Of a stretch of 64,000 nt of DNA, positions 39,171 to 53,169 are shown in pieces. Origin of the DNA: Octopus sinensis (taxonomy: Eukaryota); assembly GCF_006345805.1 (NCBI RefSeq), contig NC_043003.1:10168001-10232000 (forward strand), written 5' to 3'. A program made the position numbers and the translations under genes. Below the pieces are notes generated by a model. The model saw nothing but the letters and a program-made list of their open reading frames with translations. It searched no databases and was not told the origin of the DNA. Within the stretch, counting starts at the first letter, position 1. Each line of letters opens with the position of its first letter.

Positions 39171-39202
<32 letters not shown>

Positions 39203-39277
39203 TTACGCATGTATATACTATGTACTAGCTGTTGGACTTGGAGTTGCTCGTGTATTCTGTGTTGAAGTTAAACTTAC

Positions 39278-39557
39278 CTCTGACCGTGTATTGAAATCTT
39301 CTACTTTCCCCGTGCCAACCCATTGATATGTTATATCTGGTTCGACAGGCTGTTGCAGGATGAGTAGATGTGTGACAGGCGAAGGAAAAATGGTCCAGAG
39401 CAGGCAACAGAGTTTTTGTTGATGGAGCGAATTTTGTTGATGGAGTGGAGTTTTGCAGCCGATGACGTCGTGGTCAGCCATATACTGACATCAACTGACT
39501 GCCATGAGCCTCGCTCACTCATCAATCATCATCAAAATTGGACAAAAAATGTAAAAG
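39278..39557 (-). CDS. Candidate exon with 5' UTR and 68-codon N-terminal ORF (MADHDVIGCKTPLHQQ...QWVGTGKVEDFNTRSE)
   Basis: Acceptor ATTATTTTTTCCTGCAG, ATG at 39481 with an upstream in-frame stop, open to GAG|GTAAGT (phase 0) at 39278; GC-richer unique island. No homology recognised. Confidence 0.4.
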
Positions 39558-39924
39558 CTGCAGGAAAAAATAATATCGTTATGGGAATTTCCATTGTGCT
39601 CTCAAAAATTGATGCTAACTAAGCATTATCGAGTTATCGAAAAAAATCCGGTCTTATTTGAACTTCAGGGCCTGTGATCTACATATGTGCTAAAAATCAT
39701 TAAACTCGGTTGGACGGTGTGGGAGGAGTTAGAATAAATCCAAACAGACAGACACCATTACACATCTATGTGTATGTATGTATGTATGTATGTATGCATG
39801 TATGCATGTGTGTGAGTATGTATGTATGTATGCATGTATGCATGTATGTATGTGTGTGTATGTATGTATGTATGTATGTATGTATGTATGTATGTATGTA
39901 TGTATGTATGTATGGTTGAACTTC

Positions 39925-40165
39925 AGTAGGTTCCAGGTAAAGGTTACCTACTCGAGTCATGCCGATTCCCGATTTCCATGGCGCATAAATTCCACACCAG
40001 GACGGAACGCAGGACCGTCGCAAGATTACTCAGTTTTGCCAGCTGAGTGGACTGGAGCAATATAAAACAAAGTGTGTTGCTCAACGCATTTCCTTGTCCA
40101 GGAATCGAAACCATAATCTCATGATCATGATTCCAACAGCCTAACCAATAAGCCACGTGCCTCCA
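39925..40165 (-). mobile_element. tRNA-derived SINE related to family C in its head
   Basis: Minus strand GGAGGCACGTGGCTTATTGGTTAGG...GGTTTCGATTCCTGG...TTGCTCCAGTCCACTCAGCTGGC. Confidence 0.75.
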
Positions 40166-40444
40166 CTATCAACTTAATTATTTGCTCAGTGAATCAACGT
40201 GTAAGACAGTGACGTTTCCACAGTCAATCATATCTGTATATTAATTTTCAGCAACTACGCGCCTAGCACAATCTGATAACGCTGTACCTCTGACGCACAC
40301 GTTAAATCCATCGGACGGGTCTCTATACAGCTTCAAATGTTGCTCAGAATATATAGTGACCTATTTACGGAAGAGGCTATAAAACATGGCGCTTACTCAT
40401 GATGCCCGTTATACATACATAGATACATACATATATATATATAT

Positions 40445-41710
40445 AGCGTATGCAATGGGTAAGTTGTTGCCATTTTATATTTTTAAATTCGCGTATGCGC
40501 TTTGTTTGTTTTTGATTTTATCGACTACACAGTGTAGTAGGGTCAGTTGGGCACCGTCTGTGTGAAAAATAGAACCATAACGCAATTCTCTCTGCCAGAA
40601 ATTTGAAAAGGAAAGAACATGCTGTACTCATGGGATTCGCACGGGTATCTCCAATATGAAACTTTGTTTCTTTGGGTGCCAATCTGAGGAGAGTGCAGAG
40701 GATTTGGAAAGACTTGGATGAATCTAATGGTGATTACGAAGGTATAGTAACTCGGAAAACTCACTCTGATTGTTCTTATGAGACAATAACTCCTGAATGT
40801 GTTGCTGAGATCCAGGTCAACAATCCCTCCAAGTCAATCAGTTCCATCTCCAGGAACACAGGAGTACCTCAGTTTCTTATTAGGCAGGTAGTGCGTGAAA
40901 ACTTTTGGTATTCTTCATACAAGATGAGAAAGGACCAAGTTTTATCCCAAGCCATCAAGGACAAGAAAGACCGCGCTACAAAGCTTTTGAATAAACTCAA
41001 GCAACCCCTCCAACCAAACATGCTTTGTTTTTTCTCAGACGAAAAATATTTGTGCAAGGAACAGAGGGTGAACATACAGTGCAACCGTCGGCTGGCCGTG
41101 TCCCCAAAACATGTACTGAGACTGATAACTATCAAACATCCAGTCAACATCATAGTGTTTGGAGTTATCACTAGTAATGATGATGTTATGTCTCCATTCA
41201 TCTTCCCATACGGCCTCACACTCAACACGGAGGCCTACACCATGTGCCTGGAGGAGGTAGTGTCGCCCTAGTTCAATAGGGTGGCTGCTGGAAGACCGTA
41301 TGTCTGGCAACAGGACTCTGCACCATGCCACACAAGCAGGAGAACCCAGTCATGGCTGTCAGACAATTTCTGCCACATCACCCCTAACATCTGGCCATCT
41401 AACCACCCAGACTCCAATCCCATTGTTTATTATGTGTGGGACGCATTTGACTGAACGACCAACAAAAGTCCTTGTAACACCAAAGATGAACTGAATTCAA
41501 GAATTATGGTAGCATTTACCAATTTAAACAAGGAGAAAATCCAGAAGACTTGGAGGAGATTCCAAGGTTGTCTGGTGGTCGTGATTGAAGCCACTGGCGA
41601 ATTTCTTGAATAAATTTACTAAATAGTATTTCAAGATCTTATAATATAATTTTGGTAAATATATCTGTTAAAACGAGATGTCTGCGTTATTTTCATTTTT
41701 GCATAATTTT
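40445..41710 (+). mobile_element. Near-complete, inactivated DD37D (maT-type) Tc1/mariner transposon
   Basis: ORF 40672-41271 and its continuation give FSDEK...VWQQDSAPCHTSRRTQ...NIWPS...NPI. Spacing from the second to the third catalytic position is 37 aa when combined with the 31365-31930 copy. A stop and frameshifts are present. Confidence 0.88.
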
Positions 41711-41729
41711 GATGACAGTTTATTCACTG

Positions 41730-41897
<168 letters not shown>

Positions 41898-42173
41898 CTA
41901 TATATATATATATATGTGGGTGTGTGTGTTTGTGTGTGTATGTTACCCCAGCATGGCCACAGTCTAATGACTGAAATAGGTAAAAGTAAATGATAAAAGG
42001 TGTATATGTGTGTGTTTGTATGTGTGTATGCGTGTGCGTGTCTAGGTATATGTATATGGATATATATATAATACATATATATATATATACATCCATATAC
42101 ATATACATAGACGCACACACGCACACGCGCGCAAGCACAAACACACACACACACACACAAATACACAAACACA

Positions 42174-42388
42174 CGAGGGGTGCTGATAAGTTTCAGGCCT
42201 TAAGAGTATCGCGAAAGGCCTGCTTGGAGGTCCAAACTTCCGAGTTCTTTTACAGGGCTTAGACAACTGAAGGACCGCTGCAATAACTGTGTGAATCAGA
42301 GAGGGGAATACGTTGAATAAAATCATAATTAACTGATCCTCCTGTATTTCCTTTTACCGAAAGCCAGCGACTATTCTGCATCCCCTCG
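42174..42388 (+). mobile_element. mariner-derived MITE
   Basis: Ends CGAGGGGTGCTGATAAGT / ACTATTCTGCATCCCCTCG-TA; internal remnant reads like a mariner C-terminus (LQGLDN.KDRCNNCVNQRGEYVE*). Confidence 0.75.
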
Positions 42389-42514
42389 TATAAAGTTTAA
42401 GAATGAAGCGAGACCAAATTATTTTGGATACATTTCATACGCACGTTTCAAATAATTGCGCAACAGATAAAATTCCACTTTTATTATGAGAAATGCGTTC
42501 GTACTAGGTAACAT

Positions 42515-42903
42515 GGAGGCGCAATGGCCCAGTGGTTAGGGCAGCGGACTCGCGGTCATAGGATCGCGGTTTCGATTCCCAGACCGGGCGCTGTGAGTGT
42601 TTCTTGAGCGAAAACACCTAAAGCTCCACGTGGCTCCGGCAGGGGATGGTGGTGATCCCTGCTGTACTCTTTCGCCACAACTTTCTCTCACTCTTACTTC
42701 TTGTTTCTGTTGTACCTGTATTTCAAAAGGGCCGGCCTTGTCACTCTGTGTCACGCTGAATATCTCCGAGAACTACGTTAAGGGTACACGTGTCTGTGGA
42801 GTGCTCAGCCACTTACACGTTAATTTCACGAGCAGGCTGTTCCGTTGATTCGAATCAACCGGAACCCTCCTCGTCGTAACCGAAGGAATGCTTCCATCCA
42901 CTT
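42515..42903 (+). mobile_element. Full-length SINE family C
   Basis: High similarity to 21682-22062; 8-bp TSD GGTAACAT. Confidence 0.92.
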
Positions 42904-44291
42904 GGTAACATTGTCTCAGATCAAATCAGTTGCCTGGCAAGTAATAAATAACAGTCCGTAACTAAATAACAGTCAAACACTATGAAAAACTTTGGAAATT
43001 GTCATTTGTTACAGTTAACCTGACCGTACAACTTTTCTATTTTTGCTTATAATGGCTTCTTTTCAAGCGAGTTTAACTTCTTTTTTCTTAATTACCCTAT
43101 ATAAAACAGTCTATTTTATTGTTACCATCTCAAATTTTATTTAAGCTTTTACATGTTTAATAAGTTCTCACAAAAGTAATTTCCTCTATCACGTAGGTTC
43201 AGATTTGGAGACCAAGTCATTATTCAGAGACTAGAATAACCAAAACTCTACATTGCGCTCCTGTTAACTTCATTTAAATTTTTTTTAGGCCAGTTACTGG
43301 TAGTATGCTACACAGCAATTTGAGCGAAATTTTATATCAGTGCATTAGTAAAGCTGGTTTCAATATGTTAACAACAAATGTAATTCTTCCTTTCGTGTTT
43401 CGGGATTCAATATATCATGGACTTTGAACATTCTTTGCATCTACACGTCTTACTTAAGTCCGATGTATGGATTCTCTAGAATCTAATTTAGACATCAAGA
43501 AAACTATATCAAAGACCGTACCGAATATTAATCTTGAGATAATTAAAAAAAAATGGTGGTTTGAGTTAGCGACGAACACCCGCGAAGATGACGATACATG
43601 CACACGCACACACGCACGCACAAATATGTATATAAATAGGTTTTTAGAACTCCGGGAAAACTAAAAGTATTTTACATCAGAAAAAAGAAAAAGGCAACAA
43701 AATTCCAACCGTCCTTCATAAGACACAAAACCGTCTTATATTGCGAAAGTTATTAAAATCTTTGATTGATGTATATACACTTTCGAATCTGATTAAGATC
43801 TTCTTATGACACCAAAGTTCATGACTTTAATCACGAATGGTAGATTTTTAAGGATAAAGTGGTCGACAGGGAAATCGGCCACCGAATGAAAAAGAATGCA
43901 ACGTTCGCTACGAACATAAACGAATTCTGTAAACTGGTTCTTCACGGGTCAAAACCGTTTAAAGAATGCGATCGTTAATTATCATCAAAGATGGTTAATT
44001 CAGAAATTCATTCACGTGAAATTATTTGCTTGATGACAGTGAATAATTAACATTTCCTACACAGCGCAATGTACTGATCAGAATCTAATCACTGAGAAAC
44101 TAGCCAACAAACCGCTTCTTTTGAGCCAAGAGGTTTTTTTTATACATCTTACAGAATAACTCATCAAATACTTCGAGTCAACTAAACTTGATATTATACG
44201 ATCTTCCACACAGCTACACATAAACTTGTTATTTAACATACCGAACTACTTGGTAAAATTATTAATTATTAATTAATTAATGAATTTTATC

Positions 44292-44330
<39 letters not shown>

Positions 44331-44332
<2 letters not shown>

Positions 44333-44431
44333 TATGTTTAACTTTTGCTTTATGTCTGTACAAGCTGGCTCCAAGTCTCACCCAGAGACCTCAAGAGACA
44401 ACAGGTTGGAAGTTCTGTGCCATATATTTGG
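44331..44431 (-). mobile_element. Probable 3' UTR end of an (AAT)n-tailed non-LTR element
   Basis: Minus strand ...GAGGTCTCTGGGTGAGACTTGGAGCC...AAACATAG runs directly into (AAT)n. Linking it to R4/Dong is inference. Confidence 0.45.
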
Positions 44432-44524
44432 GTTTTTTTTTCCTTTTCCTTTTTTTTTTGGGGTGTTGTACTAGTGAATGTCTAATACATAAATATAAAT
44501 TTTTAAAAAAAATAAAAATAATAA

Positions 44525-44559
<35 letters not shown>

Positions 44560-45029
44560 CATTATTATTACTATTATTATTATTATTATATACGATGGGC
44601 TTCTTTCAGTTTCCACCTTCTAAATCCACTTACAAGGCTTTGGTCGGCCCAAGGCTATAGTAGAAGACACTTGCCCGAGGTACCACACAGTAGAATTGAA
44701 CCCGGAACCATGTTGTTGAAAAGCAAGCTACTTACCACACAACCACCCCTGATTGTGGTTGCAAATTATTTACGCAATATATTTTGGTGAATGATAATCT
44801 GATATATTTTCCCATAAAATACTCGTATCATTTCTACTTGAACGAAAGGATTGTTAGCCGCAATAATCTCTTAAGTGTACATGTTTCCATTAATACATGT
44901 ATATGGGGTTTATGTTCGGTTCTAATGTGTCTCTTTTCCGTGTTTATGAAATTAGAAAAGTCGATATAAGTGAAAATAGAAAACTGTGGAAATAGTTGTT
45001 CTTCATTCTCTAAAATGAAATGACTGCAA

Positions 45030-45154
45030 CGACTGCTACAATCACCAGAGCAATCATCACCGTTATCATCATCACCATCATCATCACAGTCATAATAACC
45101 ATCGTAATCGTCATCCTCACCATCACCATCATCATCATCATCATCATCATCACC

Positions 45155-45218
<64 letters not shown>

Positions 45219-45520
45219 CAATCATCATTACCACCATCATCATCATCATTATTGCCATCAGCATCATCCTCATCGTCATCATCACCCTCACCACCATCAT
45301 CATCATCATCATCATCATCATCACCATCACCATCATCCTCATCACCATGAACATCGTCATGATCATCATCATCGTCGTCGTCGTCATCATGATCATTATC
45401 ACCATCACGATCATTATCATCATCATCAGCATCACCATCACGATCATTATCGTCACGATCATTACCATCATCATCATCATCAGCAGCAGCAGCAATAGCA
45501 GCATCGCCATCATCATCCTG
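45030..45520. repeat. Degenerate (ATC)n/(ACC)n triplet tract
   Basis: Directly visible; explains the poly-I/T/M ORFs at 45010-45619. Confidence 0.95.
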
Positions 45521-45769
45521 GTCATTATTATTGCCACATATGTTTCTACGAGTAACGACATTACCGTGCTGGTGTTGCAGTCAGCGCCACCAATCATTAC
45601 CAGCAACAGGAACTCATAAACATCGTCTTAACAATAAAATTATCCATAACTGTTACACTCCGTTGCAATCCAATTGAATTACTTGCTCTTCAGAGTGTGA
45701 CGTAATCTCTAAGTTGAAACCGTGGGTGGCGGTGGGGTGGTGGGATGAGGCGTGCGAAAGAGGGAAAGA

Positions 45770-46119
45770 TAGAAAGAAGTTAGAGAGAAAATAATTAAAA
45801 CGATGTAGTAAGGGTGAAAGAGAGGAATGAAGAACGGGAGGGTAAAAGGAAAAGGAAAAGGAAAATGAAGAGGTGGAAAGCAGCATTGATAATGTCGTAA
45901 AGAGAGAGGGATAAATAAGTATTGAGGAAAGGAAAGGAAGTAAGAGGAAGGAAAAGGGAAGGGAACGAAAGACGGCAGAAAGATAGAAACAGCGAAGGCA
46001 GGCAGATAAATAGGTAGATAGATATAGAGAGAAGGGGTGGGAAAAAGGGAGAAATGGAGAAAGAGAAAGAGACAGAGAGAAAGAGAGAGATAAACAGTGA
46101 GACAGACTGACAGACGGAC

Positions 46120-46179
<60 letters not shown>

Positions 46180-46435
46180 GGATGGATGGATGGATGGATG
46201 GATAGATAAATACATACATACATACATACATACATACATACATACATGCATACATACATACATACATACATACATACATGCATACATACATACATACATA
46301 TATAGAGAGAGGGGGAGGGGAGAAAACAAATAGATAGAGAAAAAGAAATAAAGAAAGAAAAAAGAAAAGAAAAGGAACGAAAGAAAGAGAGAAGGAAAGG
46401 GAGAAAGAAAGAAAAAAGAGAGAGAAAGAAAGAAA

Positions 46436-46495
<60 letters not shown>

Positions 46496-46520
46496 GAAGA
46501 AAGAAAGAGAAAGACAGGAA
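45770..46520. repeat. Purine-rich tract with (AGAT)n, (GGAT)n, (ATAC)n and (AAAG)n blocks
   Basis: Directly visible. Confidence 0.9.
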
Positions 46521-47278
46521 AAATGAAAAACAGGCTAGAATATCGAGAAAGGAAAGGCGGTGGAGGGATCAGGCAGTTCCTGGATTAATGAAGATTAAAT
46601 AAATGAATATATAAAATGCCAAAAAAGCAAACGGAGAAGAAAGAGAAGAAAACGGAAAGAAGGAAAAAATCCGTAAGAAAATCAAAAATAAAGTTGATTA
46701 GAAATTTCGGCTAAAAATAGTGGAGAACATCAAGTCATCTATGATGAACATTTAATGTAATAAAATTGATAGTAATTGTTCAATCATTAGAAGGGAACGA
46801 TTGGCTCATTAGACTAACGAGACGGCTGTAATCCACTTTACCATAAATCATGACAATCGTTTTGTGATTTAAGAGTGTCTTAATCAAGGGGAGGTAACAA
46901 ACATGGGTGTGCGATGTCATAAGGTAGCGATATTAAGACGCTTTGTCAATCAAACTTATTGCATACATCGGAGTACGAGACGAGGTTTTGCTTTTTATTT
47001 ACAAACAAAATGGCCGCGCGTCTAAAGCGACCGTCTGACGGATGGAATACCAAGTGTAAGGGTTGTATTACGAAATACATTAAATTTATTGTTATTTGGG
47101 GGGGGGGATCACAACATATAGGTGACAAGTTTGCTTCCTATTTACATGTTTCTGGGTTCAGTCCCACTGCGTGGCACCTTGGGTGTCTTCTATATCCCCT
47201 CGTCTACCAAAGCCTTGTGAAGCGACCGGGTAGTCGGAAAATGGAAGAAGCCCGTCATATATATACACATACATATCT

Positions 47279-47661
47279 TCTTTATATATAAAAGTAAGGT
47301 TGTGTATCTGTCTCCTACGATTTAGATTCCTAACTACTCCCACATTTTGCGGTGCAGTTTAACCAAAAGCGGGTATCTTATAGTCGTGATTCATATCGAG
47401 CCCTTCTGGGTATTAGCGCGCGTCTACGATGAGTCTACTATTTTAAAAAAAATTTACCACCATTTTTTCCCATTTTCAATGCATTTTTTTGCTATTATAC
47501 ACGGGAAGTAACTCTCTAAAAATGTATTATTAAATCGCAGAACGTAAAAAGCTACAGTAACACCCCCCCCCCCTTTGTGGTTAGCCATATTGAGATGGGT
47601 ATTATACTTTACATCTCTAAAAATGCTTACAAACCCGAGCAACGCCGGGCGATACTGCTAG
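47279..47661 (+). mobile_element. Non-autonomous Helitron-like element
   Basis: 5' TCTTTATATATAAAAG followed by TGTCTGTC-type repeats; 3' GC hairpin CCCG(A)GC-AAC-GCCGGG about 8 nt before CTAG, followed by T. Confidence 0.75.
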
Positions 47662-47761
47662 TATATATATATAAATTATACTATTTTATATAGAGATTGT
47701 TAACATTAACAATACTCAGAAACAGGCTAGAATCGAAGTGCTCCAATTGAGCTAAGTTCCA

Positions 47762-47911
47762 ATTTATAATTTGAATAGAGGCAATACGAATGGAAAACTA
47801 GAGGAACATGACCTATTATCCAGTAGAATATTCAATATATGTGTGTATATATGTATATAGGTCATGTTCCTCTAGTTTTCCGTTCGTATTGCCTCCATTC
47901 AAATTATAAAT
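47762..47911. repeat. 54-bp inverted repeat with ~42-nt loop (long hairpin)
   Basis: 47762-47815 pairs with 47858-47911 with about 3 mismatches. Confidence 0.92.
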
Positions 47912-47912
47912 A

Positions 47913-47959
<47 letters not shown>

Positions 47960-47992
47960 CACGCACACACATACATATATATATAAGCAATC

Positions 47993-48025
<33 letters not shown>

Positions 48026-48894
48026 AGTGTGTATGTGTGTATGTGCGTGTGTACACATACGCATCTATGTGTGTGTATGTCTGTTTCAAAAGAAGCTTGA
48101 CAACAGGTGCTGGTGTATTTACGACCCCATAGCTTAGCGGTTCGGCAAAAGAAATCAACGAATATATACCAAGCTTTAAAAAAATTATTGTTGTCGATTT
48201 GTTCAGCTAAAATTCTTCGAGCAGTGCCTCAGCATAGCTACAGTCTAATGATAAAAAATGTAAGATGTACCTGTGAAATAGGAGCGCGTCTTATGCGAGC
48301 ATGCGTCTTATACGCCAGAAAATACGGTATTTTCAAGCATTCATTGAAAACATAAACGTTGATCTGCGTTAATATTTCCTGATATAAGAAAATAATTTTA
48401 AACGAGAGAGAACAATGGCATTGACAAATAAAACATAATTCCTAAAATTATACGTTTTACTGAAGAAAATATCTGGAATTCTTATGTATGAATTAATCCA
48501 TGAACATATATAATCCACGAATATTAGAGGATTATATATAGATCTGATCATCCATCATAAAGAAGAATTTCAAACAGAAGCTTTTTATAGAGAACAGAGG
48601 TATCTTCCGTTTTAAACACACAATTCCCTGATTTCGATATTCTTTTGGATAATAATAACACTGCAGATTCTCTTTACATATTTCCCGCATCTGTAGTTCA
48701 CAGCGCAACACATTAACAATCTTTAAAAAGTATAATAGTCTTCTAGACGACTGACAAAACTTAAAGCGGCAAGATAAACTAGATGTTATATCGTATTTAC
48801 TTGTTTCGTGACGATTGCCTCTGAAGGTTAATCCTCTGTTCTGTGTATTTAATGCTTCCAATTTCGCTAAAATATTTGAAAATTGAGCTGCTTA

Positions 48895-49245
48895 TATGAG
48901 GGGTGTTATGTCGCACCAGCAATATTTCAGCAAGTCATGGATATTATGCTAGCAGATTGTGAGTTCGCAGTCCCATACTTGGATGACATATTGATCAAAA
49001 GTGAATCAAGGGACCAACATATTGAACATATAGCAGAGGTTTTCAAACGAATATGTGATTACGGTTCAAAGTAAGGGAGGAAAAATGTGAATTTTTCTTG
49101 ACAAAAATATAGTACTTAGGACAGGTGATCGATGAAAACGGACGAAAACTGGACCCTTCTAGGATCGACGCGATAAAAAAAAATGCCTGCTCCCACTAAC
49201 AAAACAACACTACAAGCATTTTTAGGTTTGGTAAGTTATTACCAG
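48895..49245 (+). mobile_element. Ty3/gypsy reverse-transcriptase fragment (decayed)
   Basis: APAIFQQVMDIMLADCEFAVPYLDDILIKS...EKCEF...YLGQVID...MPAPTNKTTLQAFLGLVSYY with frameshifts and a stop; no LTR seen. Confidence 0.88.
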
Positions 49246-50471
49246 TTGAGTAGCGAGTAGAGCAGGGTTGAGTGAGGTCATCCGAATGTGCGACATAAGA
49301 AGGGGTATGAATCATTTTGGCACTACCGTTTTGGTGTTTCCTATTTGGCATCGATGATTCGACGCTGACTTATTTGACATTAGGCTTTTCTCTCGTTTTA
49401 TATTCCTCCCATTCTTCTTTTCTCTACCCTGTTCTTTCTCTGTTTCTAGTTATGTTGTACATATGCGTGATTTCTCTCTTTTTTTACCTATATGTGTATA
49501 TTTCTGAGAGCGCATGTGTCTGTGTGTGTTTATGTTTGCTTCTAGTGCCAAAAAGTACTGTCACCAAAAACAGGTTAAATGTTCAATGAGCCGTGCCAAA
49601 ATGTTAGCGTTCAAACAGCCACGCCCTATCGTCCCATTTCGACTTAGTTGATATAAATCTTTATACTCAGTTCTAGAATAAACGTAGGATTACACTTTTT
49701 ATGGTAGGGCTAGTTGATTAGGCTGCATAGAATACCCGTTTCATTCGTATATCACCGTTCCTAGACAGATGAAGGATAAAGTTGAATTCGGCAGCTTTTG
49801 AATTCAGAACATAAAGAACGGAAAAACTGATGAAACGAATTTTCCGAACAAAAATACTTCCACGAAACACTTTGATTTTTATCATAGTGTTTCATGAATG
49901 CATTTTTGTTTCCACACTAATTTTAAAAAATACTCGTGGAAATGATCAAGATAAAAAAAAAAAGAGGAAAATACGAAATTTCTGTCAACCTAATACGAAG
50001 AACTAACGATTATCCTTTAGAAAACTATTCAGTTCATAGAAAGAAAGATAAGGGGAAGATCTGGATAAATAAATAAATAAATAAATAGCAATCCAAGATG
50101 GCAATTACGATGACAACAACAAGAACGGTAACTAGCAAACAGCACAGTGTCAAAGACAATAACTTTAACCACATCAATATTTACAAACACGGCTACGTTC
50201 TTTTTACGATGATTTTATCTCAATAAAGCTCTTCGTAGAAACAGCAAAGAATAAGGTTGGAAAATGCTGAAGTCAGATAACGGTTATCGATTATAAATAT
50301 TGTGATACCGATAACGATCATCTAAGATTTGTTAGACGTCAATTGTTGCTTTTTTTTTTTTAGGAGGCGGCTGTATATTATTCTTGCAGGCGTAGGTTTC
50401 CGGCTTTTCAGCCTATATCTGAGCAAGGACCATTTTTCAATCAATTTCTTCTATCATCACACACACACACA

Positions 50472-50525
<54 letters not shown>

Positions 50526-50526
50526 C

Positions 50527-50575
<49 letters not shown>

Positions 50576-50636
50576 CATACATACATACATACATACATAC
50601 ATACATACATACATACATACATACATACATACATAC

Positions 50637-50735
<99 letters not shown>

Positions 50736-50822
50736 TAATCCTAACATGAAAACACAAAAACGCGAGAACGTGGAACGAGTATAGTGTTATTGGACGGTCA
50801 GGAAAGGAAAGAAAGAAGGAGG

Positions 50823-50857
50823 GTTTAACATTTCGAGCGGAGCTCTTCGTCAGAAAC
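50823..50857 (-). ncRNA. Minimal hammerhead-like motif
   Basis: Minus strand GTTT-CTGACGA-A-GAGC tcc GCTC-GAAA-T-G-T-T-AAAC. Stem I GTTT/AAAC; stem III appears to be ACGT with a C to T change. Lies in a ~190-bp element between (AGAT)n and (CA)n. Confidence 0.6.
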
Positions 50858-50945
50858 ATAGAAAAAGGAAATGTCCAAGGAAGGGAAGACGGTAAAAGGA
50901 AATCGCCAATGATACACACGCGGTCACACACACACACACACACAC

Positions 50946-50986
<41 letters not shown>

Positions 50987-51046
50987 AAAGTAAAAAATAT
51001 ACAAACTGGGACAAGAACGTGAAACATTTAGAAGACGACATATTAT

Positions 51047-51080
<34 letters not shown>

Positions 51081-51175
51081 CAATATATATATATATATAT
51101 ATACAATATTATATATATATATAACACACACACACATACATGTAAATACATGCATGCATATAATGCACATGCACA

Positions 51176-51245
<70 letters not shown>

Positions 51246-51779
51246 TTCATATATATACATTACTACTTTCATTGTGGACGGTATAACACGTGCAATTTTA
51301 ACTATAATAGTGCTAATCGAATCCACTTTACGTTCAAACCGTTCTTTAAAAGAAAAGAAAGCAATGGCATTATATTGACATTGAATGGATTATGCAATAT
51401 GACCATTCCATGAACAAAAAAAAAAATATAAATGGCGACGTGGATTAAGTAAAAATACGTGTATGGTCCGAGTGCTTTACAAAGAAACACTTCAGATCAC
51501 CGACAATGGAGTGCGTACTCATGCCGTTTATGCTTTATCCACTTCCGTCAAATCGAATGAAAATATTTACTGCCACTGTAATCTTTCCTACTATAAATAT
51601 TCAATGTTTCTGGAGAAGTAAAATACAGCATAAAGATATTCTGTGTGCCAAGACTATATGCATGAAATGAATGCTTGAATATTTCCATTCGTTGACCTCC
51701 ATGACCCCGCGGATTATTATAAATAACGACACCATTATTGGCATTATAGAAATATTCAGTTTTCTAGGATAATTCTCTC

Positions 51780-51897
51780 CGCGTTTTCCATACATGCATA
51801 CATGCATACATACACGCATACATACATACATACATACATACATACATACATACATACATACACATACATACACATACATACATACATACATACATAC

Positions 51898-51928
<31 letters not shown>

Positions 51929-52590
51929 CATACATGCATATATACATACACACATATATACATATATATATACATATATACACAGATACATGCATACACA
52001 GATAAATTCATACATACACATACACACATACGTACATTCATACATATGTATACATACATACATGCACATATATATATACACGCATATATACATATATACA
52101 CAGGTACATGCATAAACAGATAAATACATACATACACATACACACATACGTACATACATACACACATACATACATACATATATTCACACATACATACATA
52201 TATACATACATACACATATACACACATACATACACACATACATACATGCGTACACAGATACATACATACACATACATACACATACGTGCATATATACACA
52301 CATACACACACATACATACACACATGTATACATACACACATGCATGCATACATACATATATAGACAGATATATATATACAAGCATATATATGTATTATGC
52401 ATACGTACAAATATATGTATGTGTAATGTATACATGTATAACACATATATATAATTGTATTTATTATTATTTTTATATTATTTTTATTGTCATTGTTATA
52501 ACTTGTTATGCTTCTTTTGTAGCATGTATACACACACACACATATACACACACAGACACACGCACACACGTATATATATATGTATGTATG

Positions 52591-52635
<45 letters not shown>

Positions 52636-53035
52636 TATGTATGCATGCATGTATGTATGCAGTATGTAGTATGTATTATGTATGTATGTATGTATGTATG
52701 CACGCATGCATGCATTGTATATATGTGCAGCATGCATGTATGATGTATGTATGTATGTATGTATGTATGTATGTAGTAGGTATGTATGCACGCATGCATG
52801 CATGTATATATGTATGCATGCATGTATGTATGTATGTATGTATGTATGTATGTATGTATGTATGTATGTATGCACGCATGCATGCATGTATATATGTATG
52901 CATGCATGTATGTATGTATGTATGTATGTATGTATACATGCATGCATGCATGTATGTATGTATATATGTATGCATGCATGCATGCATGCATGCATGTATG
53001 TATGTATGTATGTATGTATGTATGTATGTATGTAT
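51780..53035. repeat. 1.25-kb mosaic of (ATAC)n, (AC)n, (AT)n, (ATGC)n and (ATGT)n
   Basis: Directly visible; explains ORF 51601-53064 and its neighbours. Confidence 0.95.
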
Positions 53036-53134
53036 TGATAGATGGCGTTTTCTCCGTTTGACATCTCGGTATTCCTGCTCGCGCACGTTAACGCGTATAT
53101 ATTTCCTGTGTCACTGAGTGTGAATAGTCGTAAA

Positions 53135-53169
<35 letters not shown>

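Noticed and set aside
46797-47020. CCAAT-box plus YY1-like AAAATGGCCGC (also AAAATGGCGG at about 2915)
   Set aside because: Short motifs with no linked exon or CpG island; not enough to call a promoter.
48532-48861. 109-aa minus-strand ORF beside the gypsy fragment
   Set aside because: Opposite strand to the RT and no retroelement or host motifs.
51601-53117. ORFs up to 487 aa rich in Y/I/H/T/M/C/V
   Set aside because: Translations of ATAC/ATGT/AT microsatellites; the same applies to similar ORFs throughout the window.
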